From Candidatus Aminicenantales bacterium (GTDB taxonomy: Bacteria; Acidobacteriota; Aminicenantia; Aminicenantales; UBA4085): a DNA stretch of 64,000 bases. The notes below the pieces were generated by a model. That model saw only the letters and a program-made list of their open reading frames with translations. It did not search any database and was not told the origin of the DNA. Shown here piece by piece: positions 55,680 to 64,000 of the stretch (the stretch's first letter is position 1; each line of letters starts with the position of its first letter). The stretch spans positions 70,409-134,408 of the forward strand of contig JBAVVD010000021.1 in NCBI GenBank assembly GCA_049697115.1, read 5' to 3'. A program made the position numbers and the translations under genes.

Positions 55680-56601
55680 AAAGCCTTTTTCTCTGCTTTG
55701 TATCCTCTGCCTCCTGGTCGTGAATTGTCGGGTCAGAGAATCCTGGCAGACCACCACCCTCCTCTTTTTCGACACGGTCTGTGAGGTCCGCCTCCTCGGC
55801 TCCCCCTCCGGCTTTGAAAACGGCCAGAAAGAGGTCGCGCGGACCTTTTCTGAAATAGAACAATATTTCTCGCCCGGCACCGCGCCCCTTTCTTCCCCAT
55901 TGGTTTCAAATCTTTTTCAGAAAGCCCGGCAAGTCTTCCTGGACTCGGACGGGGATTTTGATATCACCGTGGCCCCCTTATCCCGGATCTGGGGATTTCG
56001 CCATAACTCCCATCGAATTCCATCCCCAGAAGAAATTCAAGCGGCTTTGAATCACGTGGGGATGAATAAAATTAGTACAGCAAAAGGGATTTTAATTCTA
56101 CTTCCCCAGATGGAGCTCGACTGGGGAGGGATCGCCAAAGGATTGGGAATTGACCTGGCTGTTCAGTCCTTAAAAAAATTAGGATTTTCAAACGGCCTTA
56201 TCAACTTGGGGGGAGATCTCTTCTGTTGGGGCAAAAATCCGGATTCGCAGCCCTGGAAGATTGGCATCCAACATCCCCGGAAGAGCGGATTTTTAGGAGT
56301 TTTGAATATCTCCGATCTTGGGGTAGCGACTTCCGGTGATTACCAGAGGTACTTTGAAATCAATGGCATCCGTTACCCCCATATTTTTAATCCAAAAACC
56401 GGATATCCGGCCCGAGATAACCAGAGCGTGACAGTCATTGGGCCGGAAACCACCCTCTGTGATGCTCTCTCAACAGCCCTTTTTGTCAGCCGTCATCCCG
56501 AGGGAATACTAAATAAATACCCCGATTACGGCGCGATTATTGTGGATAAAGAAGGAACGGTCTTTCTCCTGGGCAAGCGCTATCCGATGGAAATATTTTA
56601 G
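55672..56601 (+). CDS. apbE: FAD:protein FMN transferase ApbE
   Basis: DITVAPL, WGGIAKG, ATSGDYQRYF, HIFNPKTG. TTG 55672 gives a signal/lipoprotein-like N-terminus, while ATG 55615 lies inside the upstream gene. Confidence 0.85.
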   Translation: MAKKPFSLLCILCLLVVNCRVRESWQTTTLLFFDTVCEVRLLGSPSGFENGQKEVARTFSEIEQYFSPGTAPLSSPLVSNLFQKARQVFLDSDGDFDITVAPLSRIWGFRHNSHRIPSPEEIQAALNHVGMNKISTAKGILILLPQMELDWGGIAKGLGIDLAVQSLKKLGFSNGLINLGGDLFCWGKNPDSQPWKIGIQHPRKSGFLGVLNISDLGVATSGDYQRYFEINGIRYPHIFNPKTGYPARDNQSVTVIGPETTLCDALSTALFVSRHPEGILNKYPDYGAIIVDKEGTVFLLGKRYPMEIF

Positions 56602-56616
56602 TTCGTTTTTCGCTTC

Positions 56617-57726
56617 TTAGATTTTCATCGGCATGAGGACATAAAGGCTTTTTATTTCGCCTTCCACTTCAGGCCGGATGAGAACCGCGCTGTTTTCATC
56701 TTTAATCTCAAAACGAACTTTTTCTGTGTTGATTGTCGTCAAATAATCAAGAATATACTGAGCATTAAAGCCGGTTTCCAGACTCGATCCCTTATACTCA
56801 ATTTCCAGCCGGTCTCTGGCTTCTCCAATTTCCGGATTGGAAGAGAAGAGGCGTAATTGATTTTTTTCGAGGTAAAACTTAATTCCTTTGGATCTCTCTG
56901 CAGACAGAAGCGCGACCCTGCGAATGGCATTTATAAATTCTTCTCTGGGAAGAAAAACAATATTCGGGTTGTCTTTAGGGATGACGGCATCAAAATTTGG
57001 AAACTTGCTTTCTATAATTCTGGAAATAAGAATTCGATTATTCACTTTAAAGAAGAGATTGTTCTCGTCCATATCAAACTCTATATGCCCGTTATTGAAT
57101 TTTCTCAATTCACTCAAGGTTTTTTTGGCAATAATCACTCGAATTTCCGTGTCGGTCTTTAAATCATCAATCATTTTCGACGTATATGAGAGGCGGTGGC
57201 CGTCTGTACTCACTAGTTCGAGGGATTTGGGTTTCAGCACCATTAATGCGCCGTTGAGGTAATACCGCTGTTCTTGGGCAATGGCGAAATAAACCCGGTC
57301 GATCATCTCTTTGAAGCTTTCTAAGGGAATTTTAATTCCTTTCTCAAATGCCGTTTCCGGAACCTGAGGATAATCCTCTTTGGGTAGGCAGAGAACTTTA
57401 AATTCACTGTCTCCGGATGTGATTTCCATTATCAGGTTTTTATCTTCTTTGAAAGTGACGACTTTTCCGTCCAGTAGAGATTTGACAATTTCAAAAAGTT
57501 TTTTTCCTGAGATTGTGATAGATCCAGGCTCATCCACTTCGGCCTGGAAATATGTTCTCAGCCCAACTTCTAGGTCTGTTCCTGTCATTTCCACTTCTTC
57601 CTTGGATACTTTCATCAATATATTCGCTAGAATGGGCATTGTATTTCTTTTTTCCACAATTCCTTGAAGAAGCTGAAGTTCTTCAAGAATATTTCCCTTA
57701 AGAATTGAGAATTTCATATCTTTCAC
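56617..57726 (-). CDS. dnaN: DNA polymerase III beta sliding clamp
   Basis: MKFSI.K..L N-terminus, three-domain length, ...LMPMKI C-terminus. Confidence 0.95.
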   Translation of the reverse strand: MKDMKFSILKGNILEELQLLQGIVEKRNTMPILANILMKVSKEEVEMTGTDLEVGLRTYFQAEVDEPGSITISGKKLFEIVKSLLDGKVVTFKEDKNLIMEITSGDSEFKVLCLPKEDYPQVPETAFEKGIKIPLESFKEMIDRVYFAIAQEQRYYLNGALMVLKPKSLELVSTDGHRLSYTSKMIDDLKTDTEIRVIIAKKTLSELRKFNNGHIEFDMDENNLFFKVNNRILISRIIESKFPNFDAVIPKDNPNIVFLPREEFINAIRRVALLSAERSKGIKFYLEKNQLRLFSSNPEIGEARDRLEIEYKGSSLETGFNAQYILDYLTTINTEKVRFEIKDENSAVLIRPEVEGEIKSLYVLMPMKI

Positions 57727-57830
57727 CGTTCCTTTATTATTATTCTTATTTATTCTTTAATAAAAGATTAAATAATAAAAAGAATAAAATCAATGAATAT
57801 GTGAAAAACTCTTTTAAATCCCTGATTTCA
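57727..57830. promoter_or_regulatory. AT-rich dnaA-dnaN spacer (candidate DNA-unwinding element) with one DnaA-box-like TGTGAAAAA (57800-57808)
   Basis: The spacer is very A+T-rich by eye. The box matches TGTGNAWAA. Confidence 0.4.
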
Positions 57831-59162
57831 TTATTGAATATAGCTAATCAGGCTGTTTATTTCTTTGTTAAATTCTGATTTTTCTTCTCGCATTTTTTCA
57901 ATTTTTCGAATACTGTGAATAACAGTTGTATGATGTTTTCCACCGAATTTCTTGCCAATTTCAGGAAGCGAAGATTTGGTTAATTCTTTCGATAAATACA
58001 TAGCGACCTGGCGGGGGAAGGAGAATTTTGGGGAATTATTCTTAGATTTCAACTGAGCGGGTTTGATTTTGTATTTATGACATATAAATTTCTGAATTTT
58101 TTCCACAGTGACAATATGTGAAGCGGAATCCAGCAGATCTTTAAGGGATTCCTTAGCCAAATCCAGATCAATTTTCTCTCCGCGGAGAGAAGAATAAGCG
58201 ACGACACGCCTGAGATATCCTTCCAGCTCTCTAATATTGGAGTGGACTTTATCCGCGATGTAAAGTGCCACGCTTTCCGGAAGATCCACCTCTTCGAGCT
58301 CCGCTTTCTTTTTCAGAATGGCAATTCTCGTCTCAATATCCGGAGCTTTCAAATCCGCAATAAGTCCCCATTCAAAACGGGAGCTGAATCTTTCCTCGAG
58401 ACCCAGAATTTCCTTTGGAGGACAGTCGCTGGAGATGACAATCTGTTTTTGGTTGTCGTACAGATGATTGAAGGTATGGAAAAATTCCTCCTTTGTCCGA
58501 TCTTTTCCAGAGAGATTGTGGACATCATCCATTAGGAGCACGTCGATGCTTCTGTATTTCTGTCGGAAATCAAGAATTTTACCGTACTGGAGGTGGTTGA
58601 TAAGGTCATTCATGAATTTTTCTGTGGTGATGTAAAGAATTTTCAAGCGGGGGTCATTATGGATGGCGAAATGGCCGATGGCATTCATCAAATGAGTCTT
58701 TCCCAGGCCGGAGCCGCCGTAAATATAAAGAGGATTATAAGATTTTGCCGGGTTTTTAGCCACGGCAATAGAGGCCGCATGAGCAAATTGATTGCAGGAT
58801 CCGACCACAAAGTTCTCAAATGTATAATTCGGATTCAGGTTTGGATTGAGAAGGGTTCCGTACTTTGACCTTCTTTCCGTCGGCGAACGGCGCATGAAAG
58901 AGAACGAGGCATCGTCAAAAATGTATTTAATGTCAAATACTTTTCCGAAAAGATTCTGGGCGCTTTCATTGATTAAGCCGGAATAATGAAAGGAAAGCCA
59001 GTCTCTGAAATAGGAATTCGGGACTTTGATATAAAGACAGCCTTTTTCCTGGCCGATATAGGTCGTCGGCTCAAACCAGGTTTCAAAACTGTTTTGGTCG
59101 ATCTTTTTTTGAATCTCCAGAATGATTTGAAGCCAAGGGTTATTTTTATCTTCCATTTGCAT
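57831..59162 (-). CDS. dnaA: Chromosomal replication initiator DnaA
   Basis: AAA+ GGSGLGKTHL, box VII, and C-terminal HTH ...GGKHHTTVIHS. Confidence 0.97.
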   Translation of the reverse strand: MQMEDKNNPWLQIILEIQKKIDQNSFETWFEPTTYIGQEKGCLYIKVPNSYFRDWLSFHYSGLINESAQNLFGKVFDIKYIFDDASFSFMRRSPTERRSKYGTLLNPNLNPNYTFENFVVGSCNQFAHAASIAVAKNPAKSYNPLYIYGGSGLGKTHLMNAIGHFAIHNDPRLKILYITTEKFMNDLINHLQYGKILDFRQKYRSIDVLLMDDVHNLSGKDRTKEEFFHTFNHLYDNQKQIVISSDCPPKEILGLEERFSSRFEWGLIADLKAPDIETRIAILKKKAELEEVDLPESVALYIADKVHSNIRELEGYLRRVVAYSSLRGEKIDLDLAKESLKDLLDSASHIVTVEKIQKFICHKYKIKPAQLKSKNNSPKFSFPRQVAMYLSKELTKSSLPEIGKKFGGKHHTTVIHSIRKIEKMREEKSEFNKEINSLISYIQ

Positions 59163-59175
59163 GATGGCGAATTAG

Positions 59176-59207
59176 TTTTCCACAGACATTTCCACAGCTG
59201 TGGAAAA
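59176..59207. promoter_or_regulatory. Cluster of three DnaA boxes 14-46 nt upstream of dnaA
   Basis: TTTTCCACA (59176-84), ATTTCCACA (59188-96) and inverted TGTGGAAAA (59199-207), compared with the consensus TTWTNCACA. Confidence 0.6.
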
Positions 59208-59244
59208 AGCCTTCCACTTTTGCTGATGTAAGTGAAGAAGGCTT
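59204..59244 (-). terminator. Intrinsic-terminator-like hairpin after the outer-membrane operon
   Basis: In minus sense, AAGCCTTCTTCACTT-loop-AAGTGGAAGGCTT is followed by TTTTT. The T-tract overlaps the third DnaA box. Confidence 0.45.
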
Positions 59245-59285
59245 CGCCATGATAGCATGCTTCATATAGGAATTCAAGGGATTTT

Positions 59286-62279
59286 TTAGAAATCAAAGCC
59301 GATCCAGAATTTTATTTTATATTTGCCGACGGAATCAAATTTGAATGGATTGGACAGGTCTGGAAAAGAGAGCCTTTGAGCGAATTCCAGGTGGAGAGGA
59401 AGCCCTAAAAAATAAAACTCGATGCCATAGCCGAAGGAGCCGATGGCATCATCCTCTCGTATGCCAGTGTCGCCAGGATTGAATTCGCCAAGAAAAGTAG
59501 TGATTTTCGCGGGGAATCCATTAAATTTTGCCCGAGTGATATCAAAAAACAAAACGCCCCGAACAGGCCCGATTTGGCCAAGGATGGAAATAGCGGTGGC
59601 GATAAGGGGGAACCTCAGCTCCGCATTGGCAAACCAGCATTCCGTGGCGATGATATTGTTGAAATAAGACGAGCGGACCTCGTTATTACCGCCGTAATAG
59701 AAAATAAAAGGATTTTTCCCACGGCTCAAGAATCCATCGAGGCGGAAAGCCAGAACAATATCCGCTCCTAAATGGAGGTACTTGCGAAGGTCGGCCTGAA
59801 TCGTAGTGTTCTGTATAAAATCGCTGGAGATCGGAACGGCCTGAGAGGCGATCAACCGGAAGGTGCTTCCAGCCTTGGGGCCATAAATAGGATTAAACAG
59901 GGTGGTCTCGCCCGTCAAAGAGAACGAAGCGGAGATCTGCTTCCCTTCCAAAAAATAGCCGTATCCACCGGCTGAGTATAAGCGAATCAAGGAAGGATCT
60001 AAAAATTCCTCTTCGTAACTGTAGTAGCCGAGGTTTGCTTCCGCTCGATAATATTTATTGAGAGGATAATAGGCGCTGATTGCTAACCCTGATATTTTTC
60101 GGTAGGCGATGGCATCCCGGTAGGTCAGATAGTGCCAGAGAGTGGGGTCAAGATAGGTGTAATCGGGATAGTAAAACTCCGTATACTGAAAAATACTGGC
60201 CATAAACTGGAATCTTCTTTTCTGGTTGATATAAGAAAAGAAATGGGAGCGGAAGCTTCTCATCTGGTAAGCTTCGATGATGAAGTAGTGATCTCCAAGA
60301 ATATCGGAGAAAGCAAGGGTGGCCCCTCCCATGATGGTCCCGTCGGTGGAAACAATAGCTCCGATGGGAGGCCTGGAGGTGAGATAGAGTTTTCCTATTC
60401 CCTTGTGCGGTTGAATATTCTCTTGATTGATCTTCAGGGTGAGAGTGGACTTGTATTGACTCAGCCGTGACATCTCCTCATCTGTCCCATATTCCGTAAA
60501 GCTCAGGACGCCGTTTTCGGCAAAAGGCAGAGTTCCTTCTGCGGTCCCTTGAAATTCACTCTTAAAAAGCTGGAAAGCGCCTTTATTGAAGGAAGAAAAA
60601 ACTAGTTCATTCGATTTATTCGGGAGGGGCGCCGGGAAAAAGTTGCCGGTTCGGACGTCGGTATACCTTTTAAGCTCACCGGATTCCAGGTTCAAGGAAT
60701 AAATGTTATACGCATCCCGCATGTCTCCGGAAAAATAGATCTCCCTGGAGTCCGATGAGAATTGGGGGCTTATCGTATTCCCTTTTTCAAAAGTCAGTTG
60801 AATTTTTTTCTTCAAATTATCAGAAGGGGAAAGAAAGAGCGTGTCATAGATATCCATGCGAATCGTATACGCCACATATTTCCCGTCGGGAGAGATGGCC
60901 GGAGCTTTCTCATATAGGCTGTCCTCGGTGAGATTCTTGATTTCTTCGGTCAGAAGATCAAGCTGGAAGATGTCCCTCTGCCCATTTTGGAATCCGGTAA
61001 AGAGAATCTGGCCGCCACCCGGTGAGAAGCAAGGCGCGCAGGGTTGGTCCACGGAGATTGGGATCTTTTTATTTAAGATTCCTTTCAAAGCCTCGATGAT
61101 AAACAGGGAATATTTTTCTCCATCCCGCGCAAAAAAAACAATCCGATCCCCTCCTGGAGACCAGGCCAGATTTCTCCCCAGGGAAGGATCTATTTCAATT
61201 TTTATATATTCATATTGACTTGTATAACCCCGGGTGATGTTTTTCACAATAGAGCCGTCCTTCGTGGAGAGGAGCACAATATCCACATCATAATCATGAA
61301 TATTATAGGTAATAGTGGCCACGAGGTCTCCAGAGGGAGAAAGAGTATGGGAGAAGGCAAAATAGTATGGATTCAAAGGAAATAGAGGGCCAAGAGGAAT
61401 GCTGTAATCTTCAGGATTTTCCCTCAGGTAAAATTCCTTGACTCGTTGGCGGAGATATTTTTTAAATTCAAAGCTGAACTCGTTGAGCTTCAGGTCAAAG
61501 ACCTTTCCCAAGGAATCTTTTCTTCCAAAAAGGGGAATGTTCTTCATCGCCAGAAGGAATTCCCGGATACTATTCTTCCCGTATTTTGATTCCATAAATT
61601 CATAAATGGCATGTCCAAAATCATACGCCGGCTCGCGGGGCAGAGGATAGCGCGAATAGAGTTCTCCCGCTTCCGTAAAGTCGGGAATGCGGTCATTTAG
61701 AGCCGCATCTCTCACGATGAGAGTTGACCAGAGAGACCATTTCTGGGTGACATATTCAGACAGGCCTTCAAATACCCAAAGAGGAGGAACGTTCATCGCA
61801 TAGAGCCTTTTCTCAGGGCTGCCCCAGAGAACGTCAAACTCAAAAATATGGCCCAATTCGTGCTCGACAAGGCTCTGGATTTCATCCAGAGGCATGTCTC
61901 CATGGAGGCCGATCCGGTTCAGGGCAGGCTCTGAGGCGCCCAGGACCCCCTCGGATACCCAAAACATATTTGTCTGTTCAAAATCCGTGAAGGTTTTGTA
62001 GTAAATAATAGGGACCGGAGAGGAAAGGGAGTGTTTGAGAATCTCACTGATCTTTTGATAAGCACTCTCCGCCATCTCAGCGATGTTTTTGAGGACTTGA
62101 GGGACCTCAGAATAAAAATATATTTGGAAATGATCCGTGGCATAGCTCTTCCAATTAAAACGTTCATAAAGGACTTTATTTTTCCCATAATAAGGGAAGT
62201 AATAGCTCTGAGAAAGACAGAACAGTGAGGCGAGAGCGGAGAGGCCGAGAAAGAAAAATAGATTTCTCAAGAATTTCAT
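59286..62279 (-). CDS. 997-aa fusion: signal peptide, gluzincin-like (Peptidase_MA-type) domain, PD40/TolB-like beta-propeller, Omp85/D15-type beta-barrel
   Basis: HELGH...EGLSEY; repeated ...SPDG/SPGG...I.F motifs; GGNNEVRSSY...NAELRFPL; terminal ...FWIGFDF. Confidence 0.7.
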   Translation of the reverse strand: MKFLRNLFFFLGLSALASLFCLSQSYYFPYYGKNKVLYERFNWKSYATDHFQIYFYSEVPQVLKNIAEMAESAYQKISEILKHSLSSPVPIIYYKTFTDFEQTNMFWVSEGVLGASEPALNRIGLHGDMPLDEIQSLVEHELGHIFEFDVLWGSPEKRLYAMNVPPLWVFEGLSEYVTQKWSLWSTLIVRDAALNDRIPDFTEAGELYSRYPLPREPAYDFGHAIYEFMESKYGKNSIREFLLAMKNIPLFGRKDSLGKVFDLKLNEFSFEFKKYLRQRVKEFYLRENPEDYSIPLGPLFPLNPYYFAFSHTLSPSGDLVATITYNIHDYDVDIVLLSTKDGSIVKNITRGYTSQYEYIKIEIDPSLGRNLAWSPGGDRIVFFARDGEKYSLFIIEALKGILNKKIPISVDQPCAPCFSPGGGQILFTGFQNGQRDIFQLDLLTEEIKNLTEDSLYEKAPAISPDGKYVAYTIRMDIYDTLFLSPSDNLKKKIQLTFEKGNTISPQFSSDSREIYFSGDMRDAYNIYSLNLESGELKRYTDVRTGNFFPAPLPNKSNELVFSSFNKGAFQLFKSEFQGTAEGTLPFAENGVLSFTEYGTDEEMSRLSQYKSTLTLKINQENIQPHKGIGKLYLTSRPPIGAIVSTDGTIMGGATLAFSDILGDHYFIIEAYQMRSFRSHFFSYINQKRRFQFMASIFQYTEFYYPDYTYLDPTLWHYLTYRDAIAYRKISGLAISAYYPLNKYYRAEANLGYYSYEEEFLDPSLIRLYSAGGYGYFLEGKQISASFSLTGETTLFNPIYGPKAGSTFRLIASQAVPISSDFIQNTTIQADLRKYLHLGADIVLAFRLDGFLSRGKNPFIFYYGGNNEVRSSYFNNIIATECWFANAELRFPLIATAISILGQIGPVRGVLFFDITRAKFNGFPAKITTFLGEFNPGDTGIREDDAIGSFGYGIEFYFLGLPLHLEFAQRLSFPDLSNPFKFDSVGKYKIKFWIGFDF

Positions 62280-62289
62280 CGGAGCTCCA

Positions 62290-62946
62290 TTATTTCACTA
62301 AAAGGTATCTTTGCTGGATTTTCTCCTCATTGAAGATCTCGCGGAAGAATTTCAATTTAATTGTTTTCATAAGGTCATAAATCGCAAAATGCGCAGGATG
62401 CTTAATGTTTGGATTATGAACGGTTTCCTGGTAGTCCTTTTGGAGGAGTGTTTCTCCGGTTGCGGCATTGACCAGGCGGAGGCTGAGCTTGAGAGAACAG
62501 GTCTTCTGCTCCGCCCAGCTTTTTTCTGGAGCGAAAGGGCCGTCGATTTCCCCTTTGGTCTTTTTTACGAGGGCTTTACGGATCTCTTGAGAGAATTCCG
62601 CCTTCCCAGTCAGAAAAAGAGCGGCCTTTGAATCCGGCGAGAGCTGTCGCCAGAATTCCTGGTTTCTGAGCGACTCTTCTTTTTCCCAGGAAATGGTTTT
62701 TAAAGTTATAATTCCTTTGAATTTATGACGGAATTCTTCTGCAAAATAATTTGTCAATACCTGATTCAGATCAAAGTCCTCGGCCTCTTTTTCCAGATGA
62801 AAATTCGTCACGATGATTTCTTTAAACGGTCCGAGATCGACGGCAGGCGCCCGAGGAATTTCCAGCTTCAGTTTAAGAAAATCGTTTGAAGTGCAGGATA
62901 TGAAAATAAAAAACAGGAGAAAAACCAGATAGTTACTTTTCTTCAT
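62290..62946 (-). CDS. Hypothetical lipoprotein
   Basis: Signal plus lipobox LFFIFISC. 14-nt overlap with the upstream TPR gene. Confidence 0.55.
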   Translation of the reverse strand: MKKSNYLVFLLFFIFISCTSNDFLKLKLEIPRAPAVDLGPFKEIIVTNFHLEKEAEDFDLNQVLTNYFAEEFRHKFKGIITLKTISWEKEESLRNQEFWRQLSPDSKAALFLTGKAEFSQEIRKALVKKTKGEIDGPFAPEKSWAEQKTCSLKLSLRLVNAATGETLLQKDYQETVHNPNIKHPAHFAIYDLMKTIKLKFFREIFNEEKIQQRYLLVK

Positions 62947-63292
62947 TGGATTCTTTTTTCGCGGGATTCAAATTTTCTTTACAATTCTGGTAATTCATCT
63001 TTACGTGAGAATTCTCTGGGGAAAGCTCGAGGGCCCGCTCATATTCCTGAAGGGCTTCCTTGAATAGCCCTTTAGTCTCATAGGCGACAGCGAGGTTGTT
63101 GTGAGCGACGACAGAATTCGGGTTTAAAGCCAAAGCCTTTTTCCATCGAAAAATGGCTTCATTCCAGAGACCTTTCTCTGAGGCCCAGAGGCCCAATTTT
63201 ATCTGGTCGTCTACAGGGGAAGAAGCGCAGCTGATAAAGAAAAGAGCTAGATAGATGAGAGCGAGGAAAATCAAAATGAGATTTTTTTTCAT
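62933..63292 (-). CDS. TPR-repeat lipoprotein
   Basis: MKKNLILIFLALIYLALFFISC lipobox and about 3 TPR repeats (AHNNLAVAYETKGLFKEALQEYERALEL). ATG 63292 is preferred over 63337. Confidence 0.65.
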   Translation of the reverse strand: MKKNLILIFLALIYLALFFISCASSPVDDQIKLGLWASEKGLWNEAIFRWKKALALNPNSVVAHNNLAVAYETKGLFKEALQEYERALELSPENSHVKMNYQNCKENLNPAKKESNEEK

Positions 63293-63466
63293 CGGATACG
63301 CCGTTTCAAAATTACTTCTTTTTCCCAAATTCGTCAAGCGAAGCTATCCACAGCAAAATATATGCCAAAGAGGCCTGTCAGAGATGCTCATGTTCTTCCA
63401 TCTCGAACACATGAATGAAGTTCGGGGGATTTCAGCGTTCGATCAATTCTGGGAGGAAACCCAGGG

Positions 63467-63495
63467 TTGTCAGCGGGAGGGGACAACTGTATAAT
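63467..63495 (+). promoter_or_regulatory. Sigma70-type promoter TTGTCA-17-TATAAT for folD
   Basis: Read directly from the sequence. The spacer contains the dyad GTTGTC/GACAAC. Confidence 0.5.
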
Positions 63496-63524
63496 GGCCT
63501 GCAGGAGAGAAAGGAGGAGAAAAA

Positions 63525-64000
63525 TATGGGGATTTGGCTTGAAGGAAAACGCCTGGCAGATAAGATCAAAGAAGAAGTTCGCGAGGAAGTCGCATTTTAT
63601 AAAAACGCGAAAAATGCCGTTCCCGGACTTGTAGGGATATTGGTCGGAGAGAACAGATCCTCCCAGGTGTATCTGAGGGGAAAAGAGAGAACCAGTCAGG
63701 AGGTAGAGATTTCTTCCCGAATTCTTGCCTTTCCTGCTGATACAAGCACATCTTTCTTAACAGCCAGGATCGAAGAATTGAACCAGGACAACGATGTGGA
63801 TGGAATCCTTGTTCAATTGCCCCTGCCTTCAGGCTTGAACGCTCAGGAGATCATCGCCACCATCCGGCCGGAGAAAGATGTGGACGGATTTCATCCTTAC
63901 AACCTCGGGAATTTATTGATGAATCAGGAAGGCTTGAAACCCTGTACACCGTCCGGAGTTATGGAGCTGCTGAAGTTCAATCAAATCGGGATTGAAGGGA
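63525..64000 (+). CDS. folD: Bifunctional methylene-THF dehydrogenase/methenyl-THF cyclohydrolase, 5' part (runs off the window)
   Basis: MGIWLEGKRLADKIKEE...PGLVGILVG...VDGILVQLPLP...KDVDGFHP...CTPSGVMELL. AGGAGGAG lies upstream. Absent from the ORF track because no stop falls in the window. Confidence 0.9.

Noticed and set aside
1-64000. Scan for CRISPR arrays, transposases or IS ends, integrases, phage genes, toxin-antitoxin pairs, restriction-modification or other defence systems, and rRNA genes.
   Set aside because: None found by eye. The only repeat-like items are the short intergenic elements reported above, and every large ORF has a housekeeping or envelope-type assignment or is an isolated hypothetical.

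Overview
Bacterial chromosomal segment, almost entirely housekeeping and densely packed, with many 1-14 nt start/stop overlaps. It is origin-proximal (dnaA-dnaN). OMP genes, an Omp85 barrel and lipoproteins point to a diderm; Rnf, ETF and polyferredoxins point to an anaerobic lifestyle. Main blocks: ymdB-rny-zapA-zapB-pheTS-rplT-rpmI-infC-thrS plus tRNA-Val; a P-loop gene with carbamate kinase and OTC, followed by two unknowns; a SelB-wing-only gene, rnr, coaX, birA, valS and a pseudo-receiver; dnaE-guaA; apgM, an amidase, DUF362 and a polyferredoxin; etfBA; yceD-rpmF-plsX-fabG-acpP-fabF; polA; a soluble MgtE-type sensor paired with an NRAMP-related permease; rnfCDGEAB-rseC-NusG_II-apbE; dnaN-dnaA; an outer-membrane operon; folD. 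I found no CRISPR array, IS element, prophage or recognisable defence system. The most interesting items are: (1) the split MgtE-sensor/NRMT-type transporter pair; (2) a standalone SelB winged-helix protein behind RNase R; (3) a gluzincin/PD40/Omp85 fusion with two lipoproteins next to dnaA; (4) a roughly 140-nt interleaved-helix element after dnaE; (5) a MITE-like hairpin carrying a 23-nt motif that recurs exactly at a second promoter. All family calls come from motif recognition by eye. No searches were run.
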